Part shown: one piece after another, positions 37,697 through 38,006 of the stretch
Layout: each line of letters opens with the position of its first letter
Position numbering within the stretch: position 1 is the stretch's first letter
IMG/VR virus record: IMGVR_UViG_2778261277_000017
Location: 1 to 38,006 of that record
Direction: 5' to 3' (one strand)
Length of the DNA: 38,006 nt
Source: a virus
Lineage: Duplodnaviria; Heunggongvirae; Uroviricota; Caudoviricetes
Translations under genes and position numbers: made by a program
The notes under the pieces: generated by a model
Database searches by the model: none
Told to the model about the DNA's origin: nothing
The model's input: only the letters and a program-made list of their open reading frames with translations

Positions 37697-38006
37697 CATC
37701 CGGTGCGGTGCTGGTATCTGTTGCCGTCACCGCGTCAATATAATCCAGCACAGCGTTAAGTCGGGTGTTTTCTGGCTGCGTCAGCTTCCGCCCGGCCTGT
37801 AATTTCAGTTGAATCAGACCGATGGAAGCCATTGCAGCATCAATCAGCGACTGGCGCTTTACTTCTGCCGCGTCTAGTGCGGCGCTATGCTGTGCCTCGG
37901 TATCCGTCACCCATTTCTCACTATCCCATTTATCGTATGGCGTTAATGGGGCGATAGTGGTTGTATTTTCAGGGTAATCACCCGGAACTGTGATTTCTTT
38001 GGTATC
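37668..38006 (-). CDS. Second, oppositely oriented tail fibre assembly protein (alternative Tfa of an invertible segment); 5' end beyond the window
   Basis: Minus-strand frame open to the window edge, ending ...LDYIDAVTATDTSTAPDVIWPELPEA, parallel to the plus-strand Tfa C-terminus; the two 3' ends overlap by 29 nt. Confidence 0.7.
   Translation of the reverse strand, partial: DTKEITVPGDYPENTTTIAPLTPYDKWDSEKWVTDTEAQHSAALDAAEVKRQSLIDAAMASIGLIQLKLQAGRKLTQPENTRLNAVLDYIDAVTATDTSTAPDVIWPELPEA

Overview
The window is an almost complete mosaic lambdoid prophage, read from the integrase (stop codon at position 1) to the tail fibres. Gene identities are from reading the translations and recalling known phage proteins; nothing was database-verified. 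Layout: (1) tyrosine integrase and excisionase, not lambda-type; (2) a lambda-type leftward early operon on the minus strand (TraR-like orf73, ea8.5, orf63, orf60a, exo, bet, gam, kil, cIII, ea10, N) with nutL and oL/pL; (3) lambda immunity region (cI, oR, cro, nutR); (4) non-lambda cII homologue, O-like initiator and DnaB-family helicase; (5) lambda-type nin genes (ninB, ninD, ninE, ninG, frameshifted ninI), a Q-like gene, a late-promoter region and two tRNA genes; (6) phage-21-type lysis cassette (S21 pinholin, SAR endolysin, Rz/Rz1); (7) terminase, portal, head and a tail/baseplate module with a tail assembly chaperone -1 frameshift site, ending in tail fibre plus Tfa and the start of an invertible segment. 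The best candidates for an undescribed system are three AT-rich accessory loci: a single 301-aa gene where lambda carries rexAB; a 207-aa gene where lambda carries ral/sieB; and a three-gene cargo insertion inside the baseplate genes (secreted protein, 190-aa unknown, YafO-like toxin) with its own palindromic operator and terminator.
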